DNA of 64,000 nucleotides from Squalus acanthias (taxonomy: Eukaryota): NCBI GenBank assembly GCA_030390025.1, contig CM059433.1, positions 22,260,001 through 22,324,000 on the forward strand. The letters are read 5' to 3'. Both the position numbers and the translations under genes were made by a program. The notes below the pieces were generated by a model. It was not told the origin of the DNA and did not search any database. It saw only the letters and a list, made by a program, of their open reading frames with translations. Below are positions 22,960 to 35,300 of the stretch, in pieces (within the stretch, counting starts at the first letter, position 1; every line of letters starts with the position of its first letter).

Positions 22960-25463
22960 CCTTTAGCCTTAAGAAATATATCTATCTCCTTCTTGAATAT
23001 ATTTAATGAATTGGCCTCAAATGCCTTCTGTGTTAGAGAATTCCACAGGTTCACCACTCTCTGGGTGAAGAAATTCCTCCTCATGGCTTACCCCTTATCC
23101 TTAGACTGTGACCCCTGGTTCTGGACTCCCCCGCCATCGGGAACATCCTTCCTGCATCTAGTCTGTCTAGTCCTGTTAGAATTTTTAAAGTTTCAATGAG
23201 ATCCCCTCTCATTCTTCTAAACTCTAGCGAATATAAACCTAATCGACCCAATCTCTCTTCATACGTCATTCCTGCCATCCGAGGTATCAGTCTGGTGAAT
23301 CTTCGCTGCACTCCCTCCATGGCAAGAATATCCTTCCTCAGATAAGGTGACCAAAACTGCACACAATACTCAAGGTGTGGTCTCACCATGGCCCTGTACA
23401 ACTGCAGCAAGACATCCTTGCTCCTGTACTTGAATCCTCTCGCTATGAAGGCCAACATACCATTTGCCTTTTTAACCGCCTGCTGCATCTGCATGCTTAC
23501 CTTCAATGACTGGTGCACAAGGACACCCAGGTCTCGTTGCACTTCCACTTTTCCCAATCTATTGGCATTCAGATAATAATCTGCCTTCCTGTTTATGTCA
23601 CCAAAAGTGGATAACCTCGCATTTATCCACATTATACTGCATCTGCCATGCATCTGCCCAATCACCCAACCTGTCCAAATCATACTGGAGTTTCTCTGCA
23701 TCCTCCTCACAGCACACACACCCACCCAGCTTTGTGTCATCTGCAAACTTGGAGATATTACATCTAGTTCCCTCGTCTAGATCATTAATATATAGTGTGA
23801 ATAGCTGGGGTCCTAGCACCGATCCCTGCGGTACCACACTAGTCACTGCCTGCCACTCGGAAAAAAAAACATTTATTCCAAATCTTTGCTTCCTGTCTAC
23901 CAACCAGTTTTCTTTCCAAGTCAGTGCCTGACCCCCAATCCCATGTGCTTTAACTTTGCACGCTAATCTCTTATGCGGGACCTTATGGAAAGCCTTCTAA
24001 AAGTCCAAATACACCACATCCACTGGTTCTCCCTTATCTATTCTACCAGTTACATCCTCAAAAAATTCCAGTAGATTAGTCAAGCATGATTTAACTTTTG
24101 TAAATCCATGTTGACTTTGTCCTATCCTGTCACTGTTTTCCAAGTGCTCTGCTATTACATCTTTTAATCCCATCAATTTCCCAAACACCATTTCCCTACA
24201 AATACTGATTTCATTCAATTCCTCCCGCTCATTAGACCCTATGTTCCCCGACATCTCTGGGAGGTTATTTGTGTCCTCCTTTGTGAAGACAGAACCAAAG
24301 TATGTATTTAATTGGTCTGCCATTTCTTTGTTCCCCATTATAAATTCCCCTGATTCTGACTGCAAGGGACCTACGCTTGACTTCACCAATCTTTTTCTCT
24401 TCACAAATCTATAGAAGCTTTTACAGTCAGTTTTTATGTTCCCTGAAAGCTTACTCTCATACTCTATTTCCCCCCTCTTAATTAATCCCTTTGTCCTCCT
24501 TTGCTGAATCCTAAACTGTTCCCAATCCTCAGGTTTGCTGCTTTTTCTGGCCAATTTATAGGTCCTCTCCTTGGATCTTATGCTATCCCTAATTTCCCTT
24601 GTTAGCCACGGTTGAGTCACCTTTTTTGTTTTATTTTTATGCCAAACAGGGATGAACAAATTCTGTGGTTAACCCATGCGATCTTTAAATGTTTGCCATT
24701 GCCTATCCACCATCAACCCTTTCAGTAATGCTCCCCACACCATCCTAGCCAACTCGTGCCTCATACCATCGTAGTTTCCTTTATTTAAATTCAGGACCCT
24801 AGTCTCTGAGTCAACTACTTCCCTCTCCATCTTAATGAAGAATTCTGTCATTTTATGATCGCTCCTCCCCAAGGGGCCTCGCACAACAAGATTGCTAATT
24901 AATCCTTTCTCATTACATAATACCCAGTCTAAGATGGCCTGATCTCTAGTTGGTTCCTCGACATATTGGTCCAGGAAACCATCCCGTATACACTCTAGGA
25001 ATTCCTCCTCCACAGTATTGTTACTAATTTGGTTAACCCAATCTATATGTAGATTGAAGTCACCCATGGTAACTGCTGTGCCCTTATTGCACGCATCTCT
25101 AATTTCCCATTTAATGCCATCCCCAACCTTAGCATTAGTGTTTGGGGGTCTGTATACAACTCCCACTAACGTTTTCTGCCCCTTGGTATTTCTCAGCTCT
25201 ACCCATACAGATTCCACATCATCAGAGCTAATATCCTTCCTTACTATTGTGTTAATCTCCTCTTTAACCAGCAATGCTACCCCACCTCCTTTTCCTTTTT
25301 GCCTGTTCTTCCTGAATAGTGAATACCCCTGGATGTTGAATTCCCAGCCTTGGTCACCCTGGAGCCATGTCTCCGTAATCCCAATTATATCATATCCGTT
25401 TACATCTATTTGCGCAGCTAATTCATCCACCTTATTACAAATGCTCCTCGCATTAAGACACAA
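22960..25463 (-). pseudogene. CR1 ORF2 (APE endonuclease-reverse transcriptase), frameshifted, with an internal deletion near 24165
   Basis: ORF-track fragments. ..GKLMGLK|DVIAEHLE.. lacks the KSPGPD-NYRPVSL segment present in the other copies. Confidence 0.9.
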
Positions 25464-25824
25464 AGGGGGAAAAATTAGGTCGCGCCCCGTTTGGGGCGCA
25501 AATATCGTCTGGACGCAAAAATTAGCGCCTGGCGCTAATTATCGCCACTGACTGGAAACTTCACTTTTACCGCCTCGGGAGGTGAGTGGAGCGCTAAATC
25601 AGGCGCTGCACACCTGTCTTAAGGCGCAAAGGCCGAGCAGTGAGGCGCTAACTCAGCGCGCGAGCGCAGCGCAGGTGCTGCCAGTTAGCGAGGGAACACA
25701 GACACACTGGCGCCGGCCAGTTCTTGAAGGGGGGGGGGGGCAACTTGCTCCCCAGCCACACCCTGCTCATTGCAGCCTTGAATCTCGGCCTGGAGAGACC
25801 TGTGAATCCATTTTGCTGCCAAGG

Positions 25825-27860
25825 ATGGAGAGGGTGAGAGAACGAGCTCAGCGCTTCACCGAGCGGGCCTTGGATGCTCTGGTTGGCGCGGTGGAGCGCA
25901 GAAGATCTATACTCTTCCCTGAGAGTGGCAGGAGGCCTTTGCCACGCGAGTACAGAAGAGTGTGGAGGGAGGTGGCTCAGAGCGTCTCCTCCAGGAGCAT
26001 GGTGCCCAGGACCCATGTTCAATGCCGCAAAAAGTTCAACGACCTCACTCGGGTCGTCAGGGTGAGTGGCTTTTTCTCAATACCTCTCCATCCCTCCATC
26101 TCAACCTCACTCTATGGCCAGAGGGTCTTAAAACCCCAATGCACAACACTCATCCAACACCTATGGCCCTTTCATGAAACACACACACACATTCCACACT
26201 TTGCATACAGTAAGGGCTATTCACCTATGGGAGGCACATCAGGCAAGACCATGGCTGCATACAGTAAGGGCTATTCACCTATGGGAGGCACATCAGGCAA
26301 GACCATGGCTGTATACAGTAAGGGCTATTCACCTATGGGAGGCACATCAGGCAAGACCATGGCTGTATACAGTAAGGGCTATTCACCTATGGGAGGCACA
26401 TCAGGCAAGACCATGGCTGTATACAGTAAGGGCTATTCACCTATGGGAGGCACATCAGGCAAGACCATGGCTGTATACAGTAAGGGCTATTCACCTATGG
26501 GAGGCACATCAGGCAAGACCATGGCTGTATATTTACTCAGATGCTGTCCTTTTTCTTACAGGCCAAGCTGGCGCATAATAGGAGACAGCAGCAATGGACA
26601 GGTGGAGGGCGGCCTCAGCTGCAACCCCTCAGCGATCTTGAGGAGCGCGTCCACAGGATTGTGGCAAGCCGGGTGATCGGTCCCGTCGCCACTGGAGACG
26701 CCGACCCCGTTGTGGACAGCAATGGTAAGGTCATCACCTTTTTGTCCTCTGTCCTTCCACTTGTCCCTCACAACACCAGCCTTTGACACTTTCAATCCAA
26801 CTTGCTAACTCGCTGCACTTATTCCTCCCTTACTGCCACCCTGTCCTCACGCTAAAGCCACTCTTGTACCTCCCTGCTTTCAGATGGTGATTCACCAGCT
26901 GAGGAGACAGGCCCTGAAGCTGCCAGTGGGAGTGAAGCTGCAGCCGAGGAGGAAGAGGAAGCCGGAGCATCAGTGCCACCCTCTCCCGAGGAAGCCCATG
27001 CCCACACTGGGAACACGCCTTCCCTGGAGGGGAGCAGGGGGGAAGGGTCTGATGAGGGTGAAGCTCCAGGACCCAGCGGGCTGCAGCAACGCCATGGGGG
27101 TAGGGAAGAACGGGGGCCTTCTCCCTAGAGGGAGAGTATGCCAGCGACTCCTACTGCAATGGACGCAGAGGAGGAGCGGCTGATCGCAGAAATGAACACC
27201 CAGGCGGTGGGCATGCACACTGAGCTCATGGGTGCAGTGGGAAGGGTGCCCGAATGCATTGAGTCACTGGCAAGGAGTGTGGAGCACTTCGCTGTAGCAC
27301 AGGCGGATGCCACACTAATGCTTAGTGCTGCAATTCAGTCACTGACTGCCGTGATCCCATCTCTGACTGCTCCCATGCAGACTCAGATTGAGGCCACGCG
27401 AGCACTGACTGCTGCCAACCTCGATGGTTCGTTCACATGTCCCCGGGGCTCTCACCGTGCTGCAGCAGGCCAGCAATCTGTGCTCCAGCAGATTGCTCCG
27501 GATGCTGAAGTGCTGCCCCGTGGGAGTGCCAGTGTGTCGGTCGAGCAGGGAGTTGCTGTCCTCTCTCACGATGACAGCATTCCTGCTGCCAGCACTGTCA
27601 CTTCTCCACTGCACTTGCCACCGCCTGTAGGACAGACTGCTGCCGCCCATGCAGAGTTGGTGCAGTCTGCAGCCGGGCCCTCCAGGCCCAGAACTGATCG
27701 AGGCCGTCCTTCAGGGGCATCTGCAGTGTCAGGGTCTGACAATCAGCAGCCTTCCACCAGCCTTGCTGCAGCCACTGAGGTCCCATTACAGAGGAGCAGT
27801 AGGGTTAGAAGGGGGGAAGTGCGCAAGGGAAGGAGATCACCCTCGAAGGGCAAAAAGTAG
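25825..27860 (+). pseudogene. Harbinger Myb/SANT protein, exons 25825-26061, 26562-26724, 26884-27860 (~458 aa), one premature stop
   Basis: The spliced frame is continuous except TAG at 27126-27128, which is CAG in copy 1. Confidence 0.88.
26211..26531 (+). repeat. 54-bp minisatellite, ~6 units, Myb intron 1
   Basis: Unit TAAGGGCTATTCACCTATGGGAGGCACATCAGGCAAGACCATGGCTGTATACAG. Confidence 0.95.
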
Positions 27861-28172
27861 GAGGTGTGACAAAATGCTGGTCATTTTTTTATTAAAGGCC
27901 GAGGTTCGTGGTCCAACTTTTGTCTAGTGTTTTGGACATTATCTCCAGGTTGTGAGAACCAGTTATGTTAATGACTGTTTTTTTGTGTTTATTTCTATGA
28001 GTTTGTCATGAGGAAATGACACACACAGAGTTTGTAAAATAAATAAGTTTTTGTATTCAAAATATACATGTTTGGTGTTTGGAATCATTGGTGCCTTGGC
28101 CGGCTTAGGGGTTGCGTGCTGGGTTCATTGATGTTGTTAGCAATGGCAGAAGCCATTTCCACAGCAGGGGCA

Positions 28173-29333
28173 CTAGAAGCGGCTTGCTATCAGCCGTTGA
28201 TGGACGGCCCATGCAGTTTCACCATTGTGGGCCGCCCTCCCGCCTTGGTGCTGCTGATGATCATCCTCCTCGTCCTCTTCCTCCTCTTCCTCCTCCTCCT
28301 CTGGTGGTGCTCCAAGGCCTGGTGGCATTGGCTGGGTCCTGACGATTGCCATGTTATGCAACATGCAGCACACGACTACGAAGTTGGATACTCGCTCAGG
28401 CGAGTACTGCAGGGCTCCTCCAGAATGGTCGAGACAGCGGAACCGTTGCTTCAGCACGCCGATTGTGCGCTCCATGATGTTCCTGGTAGCTTGATGGCTC
28501 TCGTTGTACCGCAGCTCAGCAGGGGTGTTGGGCGTACGGAGCGGTGTCATCAGCCAGGTGCTCAATGGATACCCCTTGTCCCCGAGAAGCCAACCAACTG
28601 GCTGATGCGGTGCCTCGAAAAGTTCTGCCACAGTAGTCTGGCGCAGGATGAAAGCATCGTGGCAGCTGCCAGGATAGTGGGCATTGACAGCGAGTATCAG
28701 CTGTCTGTGGTCACAGACCAACTGAACATTCAAGGAATGGAACCCCTTTCTGTTCCGGAATTCCTCGGCATTCTCATGTGGAGCACGCAAAGCCACATGC
28801 GTGCAGTCAATGGCGCCCTGCACCATGGGGAAGCCCGCTATCCTCGCAAAGCCCAGAGCGCGGTCACGCTGCTTGTCTGGGGTCATGGGGAAAGAGATGA
28901 ACTCTCGTCTCCTTTTAAAGAGGGCATTTGTGACCTGCCGGATGCAGCAATGCACCGCGAACTGGGAGATATTGGCGAGGTCCCCAGCAGCAGCTTGAAA
29001 TGAGCCAGTAGCATAGAAGTTGAGAGCCACTGTGACCTTCACTGCCACCGACAGAGACGTCCTGGACCTCAGTTGAGGCTGCAGATCTGGCTGCAGCAGG
29101 TGGCAGAGCTCCGTGACCACCTCCTTGCTGAATCGCAGCCTTCGCAAACACAGCTCCTCAGACATATGAATGTAGGAGAGCTGTTCACGATATACCCTGG
29201 GAGGGTAAGCTCTCCTGTACATACGCCTGTTGGCCCTCCTCCATCTGGCCATCATTGCCACTCTCTCTCTGCGTCTCTGTGTCCTCCGATTCAGCTGGAG
29301 CAGGACGACGCCCCCATTCAGTGCAGCCCCCAT
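28173..29333 (-). CDS. Intact Harbinger DDE transposase (HARBI1-like, 386 aa from MGAAL)
   Basis: Uninterrupted ORF with GAIDCTH (D), LLGDKGY (D), [13 protein letters not shown] (E), [16 protein letters not shown] and an acidic tail. Confidence 0.93.
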   Translation of the reverse strand: MGAALNGGVVLLQLNRRTQRRRERVAMMARWRRANRRMYRRAYPPRVYREQLSYIHMSEELCLRRLRFSKEVVTELCHLLQPDLQPQLRSRTSLSVAVKVTVALNFYATGSFQAAAGDLANISQFAVHCCIRQVTNALFKRRREFISFPMTPDKQRDRALGFARIAGFPMVQGAIDCTHVALRAPHENAEEFRNRKGFHSLNVQLVCDHRQLILAVNAHYPGSCHDAFILRQTTVAELFEAPHQPVGWLLGDKGYPLSTWLMTPLRTPNTPAELRYNESHQATRNIMERTIGVLKQRFRCLDHSGGALQYSPERVSNFVVVCCMLHNMAIVRTQPMPPGLGAPPEEEEEEEEEDEEDDHQQHQGGRAAHNGETAWAVHQRLIASRF

Positions 29334-30029
29334 AGTCTCTTTGCAAGCAAAGTTATGAAGGACAGCAACCAAAGTACCAGCGAAGTTAGGATCAGTAGGC
29401 AAAACTACCTCACAAAGCGTTGACTCAATGCAGAAGTCTCTCTTTCTCTCTCTCCGAATCTCTCTCTCTCTCTCAGAACGAGTGGTGCAAAAATGTCAAC
29501 CACAGAAAAAGACAGGAAGAGGCCCCCTTTAAATAGCGCCCCCCCCAACCCCACAGCGATTGATAGCGTTCCAGTCTTCCGGTCGTTGGATGTGCCAGGC
29601 GGTAAGGCAGGGGGCGCCACTCAATTTCCGCTCCGGGGCGCCACAAGGGCGTTGCACCATGGAATGACGTCACAATCTGCGCGCGCAGGTGGTCGCGGCG
29701 GTAAAGTTTAGCGCCGCCGCACAATGTCTAGTTAAGTTCCCGAGCGGCGCAAACATCGCTGCGCCCGGGCGCTAGCGGCTTTGCGCCCCATTAGCGTCCT
29801 CTTAAGGCACTAACGGGAGGCGCAACCAACTGAATTTTTACCCCAAAGCCTTCAGGCTTGTTTTTTTAACACTCTGTCCTTTTAGAATTATTATTTACTG
29901 TGGCCCTGTTTGATTTACACACTTAATTTCTCTGCCTTCCACTTTTGCTTTTCTCCTTCCTGTCTTTTGCTTCTATCCTTGCTTCCCTTTCCTCTGTCTC
30001 CCTGCACAGGTTCCCAAACCCCTGTCATT

Positions 30030-30965
30030 TTAGTTTAAACCCTCCCCAACAGCATTAGCAAACACTCCCCCTTGGACATCAGTCCCGGTCCTGCCCAGGT
30101 GCAAACCGTTCTGTTTGTACTGGTCCCACCTCCCCCAGAACCAGTTTCAATGTCCCAGGAATTTGAATCCCTCCCCCTTGCACCATTCCTCTAGCCACGT
30201 ATTCATCTGAAATATCCTTTTATTTCTACTCTGACTAGCACGTGGCACTGGTAGCAATCCTGAGATTACTACCTTTGAGGTCCTATTTTTTAATTTACCT
30301 CCTAACTCCCTATATTCAGCTTTTCGGACCTCATCCCATTTTTTACCTATATCGTTGGTACCTATATGCACCACGACAACTGGCTGTTCACCCTCCCCCT
30401 CCAGAATGCCCTGCAGCCGCCCCGAGACATCCTTGACCCTTGCACCAGGGAGGCAACATACCATCCTGGAGTCTCGTTTGCGGCTGCAGAAATGCCTATC
30501 TATTCCCCTTACAATAGAATCCCCTATCACTATAGCTCTCCCGCTCTTTTTCCTCCCATCCTGTGCAGCAGAACCACCCATGGTGCCAGGAAGTTGGCTG
30601 CTGCTGCCTTCCCCTGATAAGCCATCTCCCTCAACAATATCCAAAGTGGTATATCTGTTTGAGAGGGGGATGGCCACAGGGGACCCCTGCACTACCTGCC
30701 TGTGCCTACTACTCTGCCTGGCGGTCACCCATTCCCTTCCTGCCTGTGCAGCCTTTACCTGCAGTGTGACCAACTCATTAAACGTGCTATCCATGATGTC
30801 CTCAGCATCGCGAATGCTCCACAATGTATCTATTCGCAGCTCCAGCGCCGCAATGCGGTCTGCCAGTAGCTGCAGCTGGATACACTTCCCGCACACATGG
30901 TCGTCAGGGACACAGGAAGTGTCCCTGATTTCCCACATATTGTAGGAGGAGCATGCCACGGGGCT
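30030..30965 (-). pseudogene. CR1 ORF1: zinc finger/leucine zipper plus SGNH/GDSL esterase
   Basis: CSSxNMWE..CGKC, heptad leucines, IVIGDSIVRG, CLPGA and VHIGTNDI. Premature TGA at 30147, with ..WDQYKQNGLHL beyond it. Confidence 0.88.
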
Positions 30966-31152
30966 GAGCTGTGCTGCGATGACTTACCCTTTAATTAATT
31001 TAAATTAAATTAAATCAAATCAATACCACTAATTACACTAAAATTAAATTATATACTCAAGGGCCCTTGTTTACTAGCACTCCCCGCTACACAGCAGAGA
31101 CCTTAGAAACTATAACCACAAAAATTAAGACCTTCTAAACTTTATAAACTAT

Positions 31153-32045
31153 GGGGGAAAAATTCAGTTGGTTGCGCCTCCCGTTAGCGCCTTAAGAGGG
31201 CGCTAATGGGGCGCAAAGCAGCTAGCGCCCGGGCGCAGCGATGTTTGCGCCGCTCGCGAACTTAACTAGACATTTTGCGGCGGCGCTAAACTTTATAGCC
31301 GCGATCTCCTGTGCCGGCAGATCATGACGTCACTCGAGTGCGTAACGCCCCGATATCGCCCCGGAGCGGATATTGAGTGGCGCCCCCTGCCTTACCGCCT
31401 GACGCTAGCAACGACAGGTTGAGGGGAGCGTTCTGCAGTCATGAAGGGAAAGGGGGAGCGCTATTTAAAGGTGACCGCTTCCTGCCTTTTATTGTTGGTG
31501 CCATTTTTGAACTACGCATTCTGAGAGAGAGAGGGAGAGACTTCTGGAGAGATTCAACGTTGTGTGAAGGAGTTTTGGGTACTGAGCAGCACTTTGCAGG
31601 TTCATTTTGATTTGCCATTCCATGTATTGATTTAGCAGAGACTGTGTGGGCTGCACTCTGAGCTCTTTGCCTGGCACTCTCCATTGTTCTTTCCAGCACA
31701 TTTGATGTGCAGGTCTCTCCAGGCCGAGATTCAAGGCTGCAATGAGCAGGATGTGGATGGAAAGCAAGATTAACCATCCCCTTTAAGAACTGGCCCGTGC
31801 CATTGTGTGTGTGTTCCATTGCTGACTGACATTACATGAGCTTCGCTAGCGCTCTGAGGTAGCGCCTCGCTCCTCGGCCTTTGCGCCTTAAGACAGGTGT
31901 GAAGCGCCTGATTTAGCGCTGCAATCACCTCCAGGGGCGATAAAAGTCAAGTTTGCAGTCGGTGGCGATAATTAGCGCCAGGCGCTAATCTTTGCGCCTG
32001 GCCGATAGTTGCGCCCCAAACGGGGCGCGACTGAATTTTTCCCCC
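31153..32045 (-). mobile_element. ~893-bp non-autonomous Harbinger derivative (family A MITE)
   Basis: TIR GGGGGAAAAATTCAGT at both ends, TAT TSD, ends homologous to Harbinger-1/2. Confidence 0.92.
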
Positions 32046-32191
32046 TATTAACCTTAACTGTCAAACTATAGAGTAGTATAAATACTCACCTGGCCGTACT
32101 CACCCAATCAGCTGATTCCTCTTGCCCGCATCACTTTTTGAATCGTGACGTGGCTCTGGAACGCCGCTGCCTGTCTGTGAGATTGCTAAGC

Positions 32192-32346
32192 CTCTGTAAA
32201 AAAGCCCGCGAAAGTGAGTTTAAATACTCACTGTTCCCTCCTGTTGCTTCCGACACTGGCCTCTAGAAAAAATCCCGCGAAAGTGAGTTTAAATATGTTC
32301 TCTCCTGTTGCTCCCGACACCGGCCTCTGTAAAAAAGCTCGTGAAA
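32192..32346 (-). repeat. ~2.3 tandem ~65-70-bp monomers at the CR1 5' end
   Basis: CTCTGTAAAAAAGCCCGCGAAAGTGAGTTTAAATA...CTCCTGTTGCTYCCGACACYGGC repeated. Confidence 0.8.
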
Positions 32347-32349
32347 CAT

Positions 32350-35300
32350 CTCATTGCCTCGACACTTGTTGAACTTCTTGTCATTGCCTCAACACTTGTT
32401 GAGCTTCTTGTCATTGCCTCGACACTTGTTGAGCTCCTCGTCATTGCCCTGACACTAGTTGAGATTCTCGTCATTGCCCCGACACTTGTTGAGATTCTCG
32501 TCATTGCCCCGACACTTGTTGAGATTCTCGTCATTGCCTCGACACTTGTTGAGTTTCTCGTCATTGCCCCGACACTTGTTGAGCTTCTCATCATTGCCCC
32601 GACACTTGTTGAGCTTCTCATCATTGCCTCGACATTTGTTGAGCTCCTCTTCATTGCCCCGACACTTGTTGAGATTCTCGTCATTGCCCCGACACTTGTT
32701 GAGATTCTCGTCATTGCCCCGACACTTGTTGAGATTCTCGTCATTGCCTCGACACTTGTTGAGCTCCTCTTCATTGCCCCGACACTTGTTGAGATTCTCG
32801 TCATTGCCTCGACACTTGTTGAGATTCTCGTCATTGCCTCGACACTTGTTGAGCTCCTCTTCATTGCCCCGACACTTGTTGAGATTCTCGTCATTGCCCC
32901 GACACTTGTTGAGATTCTCGTCATTGCCTCGACACTTGTTGAGATTCTCGTCATTGCCTCGACACTTGTTGAGCTCCTCTTCATTGCCCCGACACTTGTT
33001 GAGATTCTCGTCATTGCCTCGACACTTGTTGAGATTCTCGTCATTGCCTCGACACTTGTTGAGCTCCTCTTCATTGCCCCGACACTTGTTGAGATTCTCG
33101 TCATTGCCCCGACACTTGTTGAGATTCTCGTCATTGCCCCGACACTTGTTGAGATTCTCGTCATTGCCCCGACACTTGTTGAGCTTCTCGTCATTGCCTC
33201 GACACTTGTTGAGCTTGTTGTCATTGCCCCAAAAGTTGTTGAGCTCCTTGTCATTGCCCCGACACTTGTTGAGCTCCTCGTCATTGCCTCGACACTTGTT
33301 GAGCTCCTCGTCATTGCCTCGACACTTGTTGAGCTTGTTGTCATTGCCCCAAAAGTTGTTGAGCTCCTTGTCATTGCCCCGACACTTGTTGAGCTTCTCG
33401 TCATTGCCTCGACACTTGTTGAGCTTGTTGTCATTGCCCCAAAAGTTGTTGAGCTCCTTGTCATTGCCCCGACACTTGTTGAGCGCCTCGTCATTGCCCC
33501 GACACTTGTTGAGCTCCTCTTCATTGCCCGGGCACTTGCTGAGCTTCTTGTCATTGCCCCGACACTTGTTGAGCTCCTCTTCATTGCCCGGGCACTTGCT
33601 GAGCTTCTTGTCATTGCCCCGTCACTTGTTGAGCTCCTCGTCATTGCCTCGACACTTGTTGAGCTCCTCGTCATTGCCTCGACACTTGTTGAGCGCCTCG
33701 TCATTGCCCCGACACTTGTTGAGCTCCTCTTCATTGCCCGGGCACTTGCTGAGCTCCTCGTCATTGCCTCGACACTTGTTGAGCGCCTCGTCATTGCCTC
33801 GACACTTGTTGAGCTCCTCATCATTGCCTCGACACTTGTTGAGCTCCTCGTCATTGCCTCGAGACTTGTTGAGCTCCTCATCACTGCCTCGATTCTTGTT
33901 GAGCTCCTTGTCATTGCCCTGACACTTGTTGAGCTCATTGTCATTGCCCCGACACTTGTTGAGCTCCTCAGAATTGCCTTGACACTTGTTGAGCTCCTCG
34001 TCATTGCCCCGACATTTGTTGAGCTCCTCGTCATTGCCTCATCACTTGTTGAGCTCCTCGTCATTGCCTCATCACTTGTTGAGCTCCTCGTCATTGCCTC
34101 GACACTTGTTGAGCTCCTCGTCATTGCCCCGACATTTGTTGAGCTCCTCGTCATTGCCCCAACACTTGTTGAGCTCCTCGTCATTGCCTCAACTCTTGTT
34201 GAGTGCCTTGTCATTGCCTCGACACTTGTTGAGCTCCTCCTCATTGCCTCGACACTTGTTGAGCTCCTCATCATTGCCTCAACTATTGTTGAGCGCCTCG
34301 TCATTGCCTCATCACTTGTTGAGCTCCTCGTCATTGCCTCGTCACTTTTTGAGCTCCTCGTCATTGCCTCAACATTTGTTGAGCTCCTCGTCATTGCCTT
34401 GACATTTGTTGAGCTTCTCATCATTGCCTCAACACTTGTTGAGCTCCTCGTCATTGCCTCAACACTTGTTGAGCTCCTTTCATTGCCCCGACACTTGTTG
34501 AGCTCCTCTTCATTGCCTCGAAACTTACTGAGATCCTCGTCATTGCCTCGACACTTGTTGAGTTTCTCGTCATTGCCTCGACACTAGTTGAGCTCCTCAT
34601 CATTGCCCCGACACTAGTTGAGTTTCTCGTCATTGCCTCGACACTAGTTGAGCTTCTCATCATTGCCCCGACACTAGTTGAGTTTCTCGTCATTGCCTCG
34701 ACACTAGTTGAGCTCCTCATCATTGCCCCGACACTTGTTGAGCTCCTCGTCATTGCCCTGACACTTGTTGAGCTCCTCGTCATTGCCCTGACACTTGTTG
34801 AGCTTCTCATCATTGCCCCGACACTAGTTGAGTTTCTCGTCATTGCCTCGACACTAGTTGAGCTCCTCATCATTGCCCCGACACTTGTTGAGCTCCTCAT
34901 CATTGCCCCGACACTTGTTGAGCTCCTCGTCATTGCCTCGACACTTGTTGAGCTCCTCGTCATTGCCTCGACACTTGTTGAGCTCCTCCTCATTGCCCCA
35001 AAAGTTGTTGAGCTCCTTGTCATTGCATAGACACTTGTTGAGCTCCTCGTCATTGCCCCGACACTTGTTGAGCACCTCGTCATTGCCCCGTCACTTGTTG
35101 AGCTTCTTGTCATTGCCTTGACACTTGTTGAGCTCCTCCTCATTTCCTCGACACTTGTTGAGCTCATCGTCATTGCCTTGACACTTGTTGAGCTCATCGT
35201 CATTGCCTTGACACTTGTTGAGCTTCTAGTCATTGCCCTGACTCTGGTTAAGCTCCTCGTCATTGCCTGGATTCTTTTTGAGCTCCTCATCATTGCCTTG

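Larger units (their letters stand above)
25465..29844. mobile_element. Harbinger-2: full-length PIF/Harbinger transposon, close paralogue of Harbinger-1
   Basis: TIRs GGGGGAAAAATT / AATTTTTACCCC, AAA TSD, colinear with 1142-5545. Confidence 0.96.
22820..32347 (-). mobile_element. Near full-length CR1 LINE (5'UTR, ORF1, ORF2) inserted in the 30-bp array; hosts Harbinger-2 and a MITE
   Basis: Tail (TTTCTATG) at ~22825. RT fragments at 23081-24120. APE endonuclease CLNARSICNK..IIGITETWL..VYRPP..MGDFN..SDH at 24669-25463. ORF1 at 30147-30959. Confidence 0.93.

Noticed and set aside
28068..29003. 311-aa ORF antisense to the transposase, and similar antisense ORFs over CR1 and Myb genes
   Set aside because: Shadow ORFs of GC-rich coding sequence; not continuous in the paralogous copy.
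28173..29333. Host HARBI1 gene, and NAIF1/MSANTD symbols for the Myb ORFs
   Set aside because: Flanked by TIRs and a TSD and multi-copy in the window, so these are transposon genes rather than domesticated orthologues.
30147..30959. Captured cellular esterase gene
   Set aside because: Zinc finger plus SGNH esterase is the established ORF1 architecture of vertebrate CR1 elements, and it sits upstream of ORF2.
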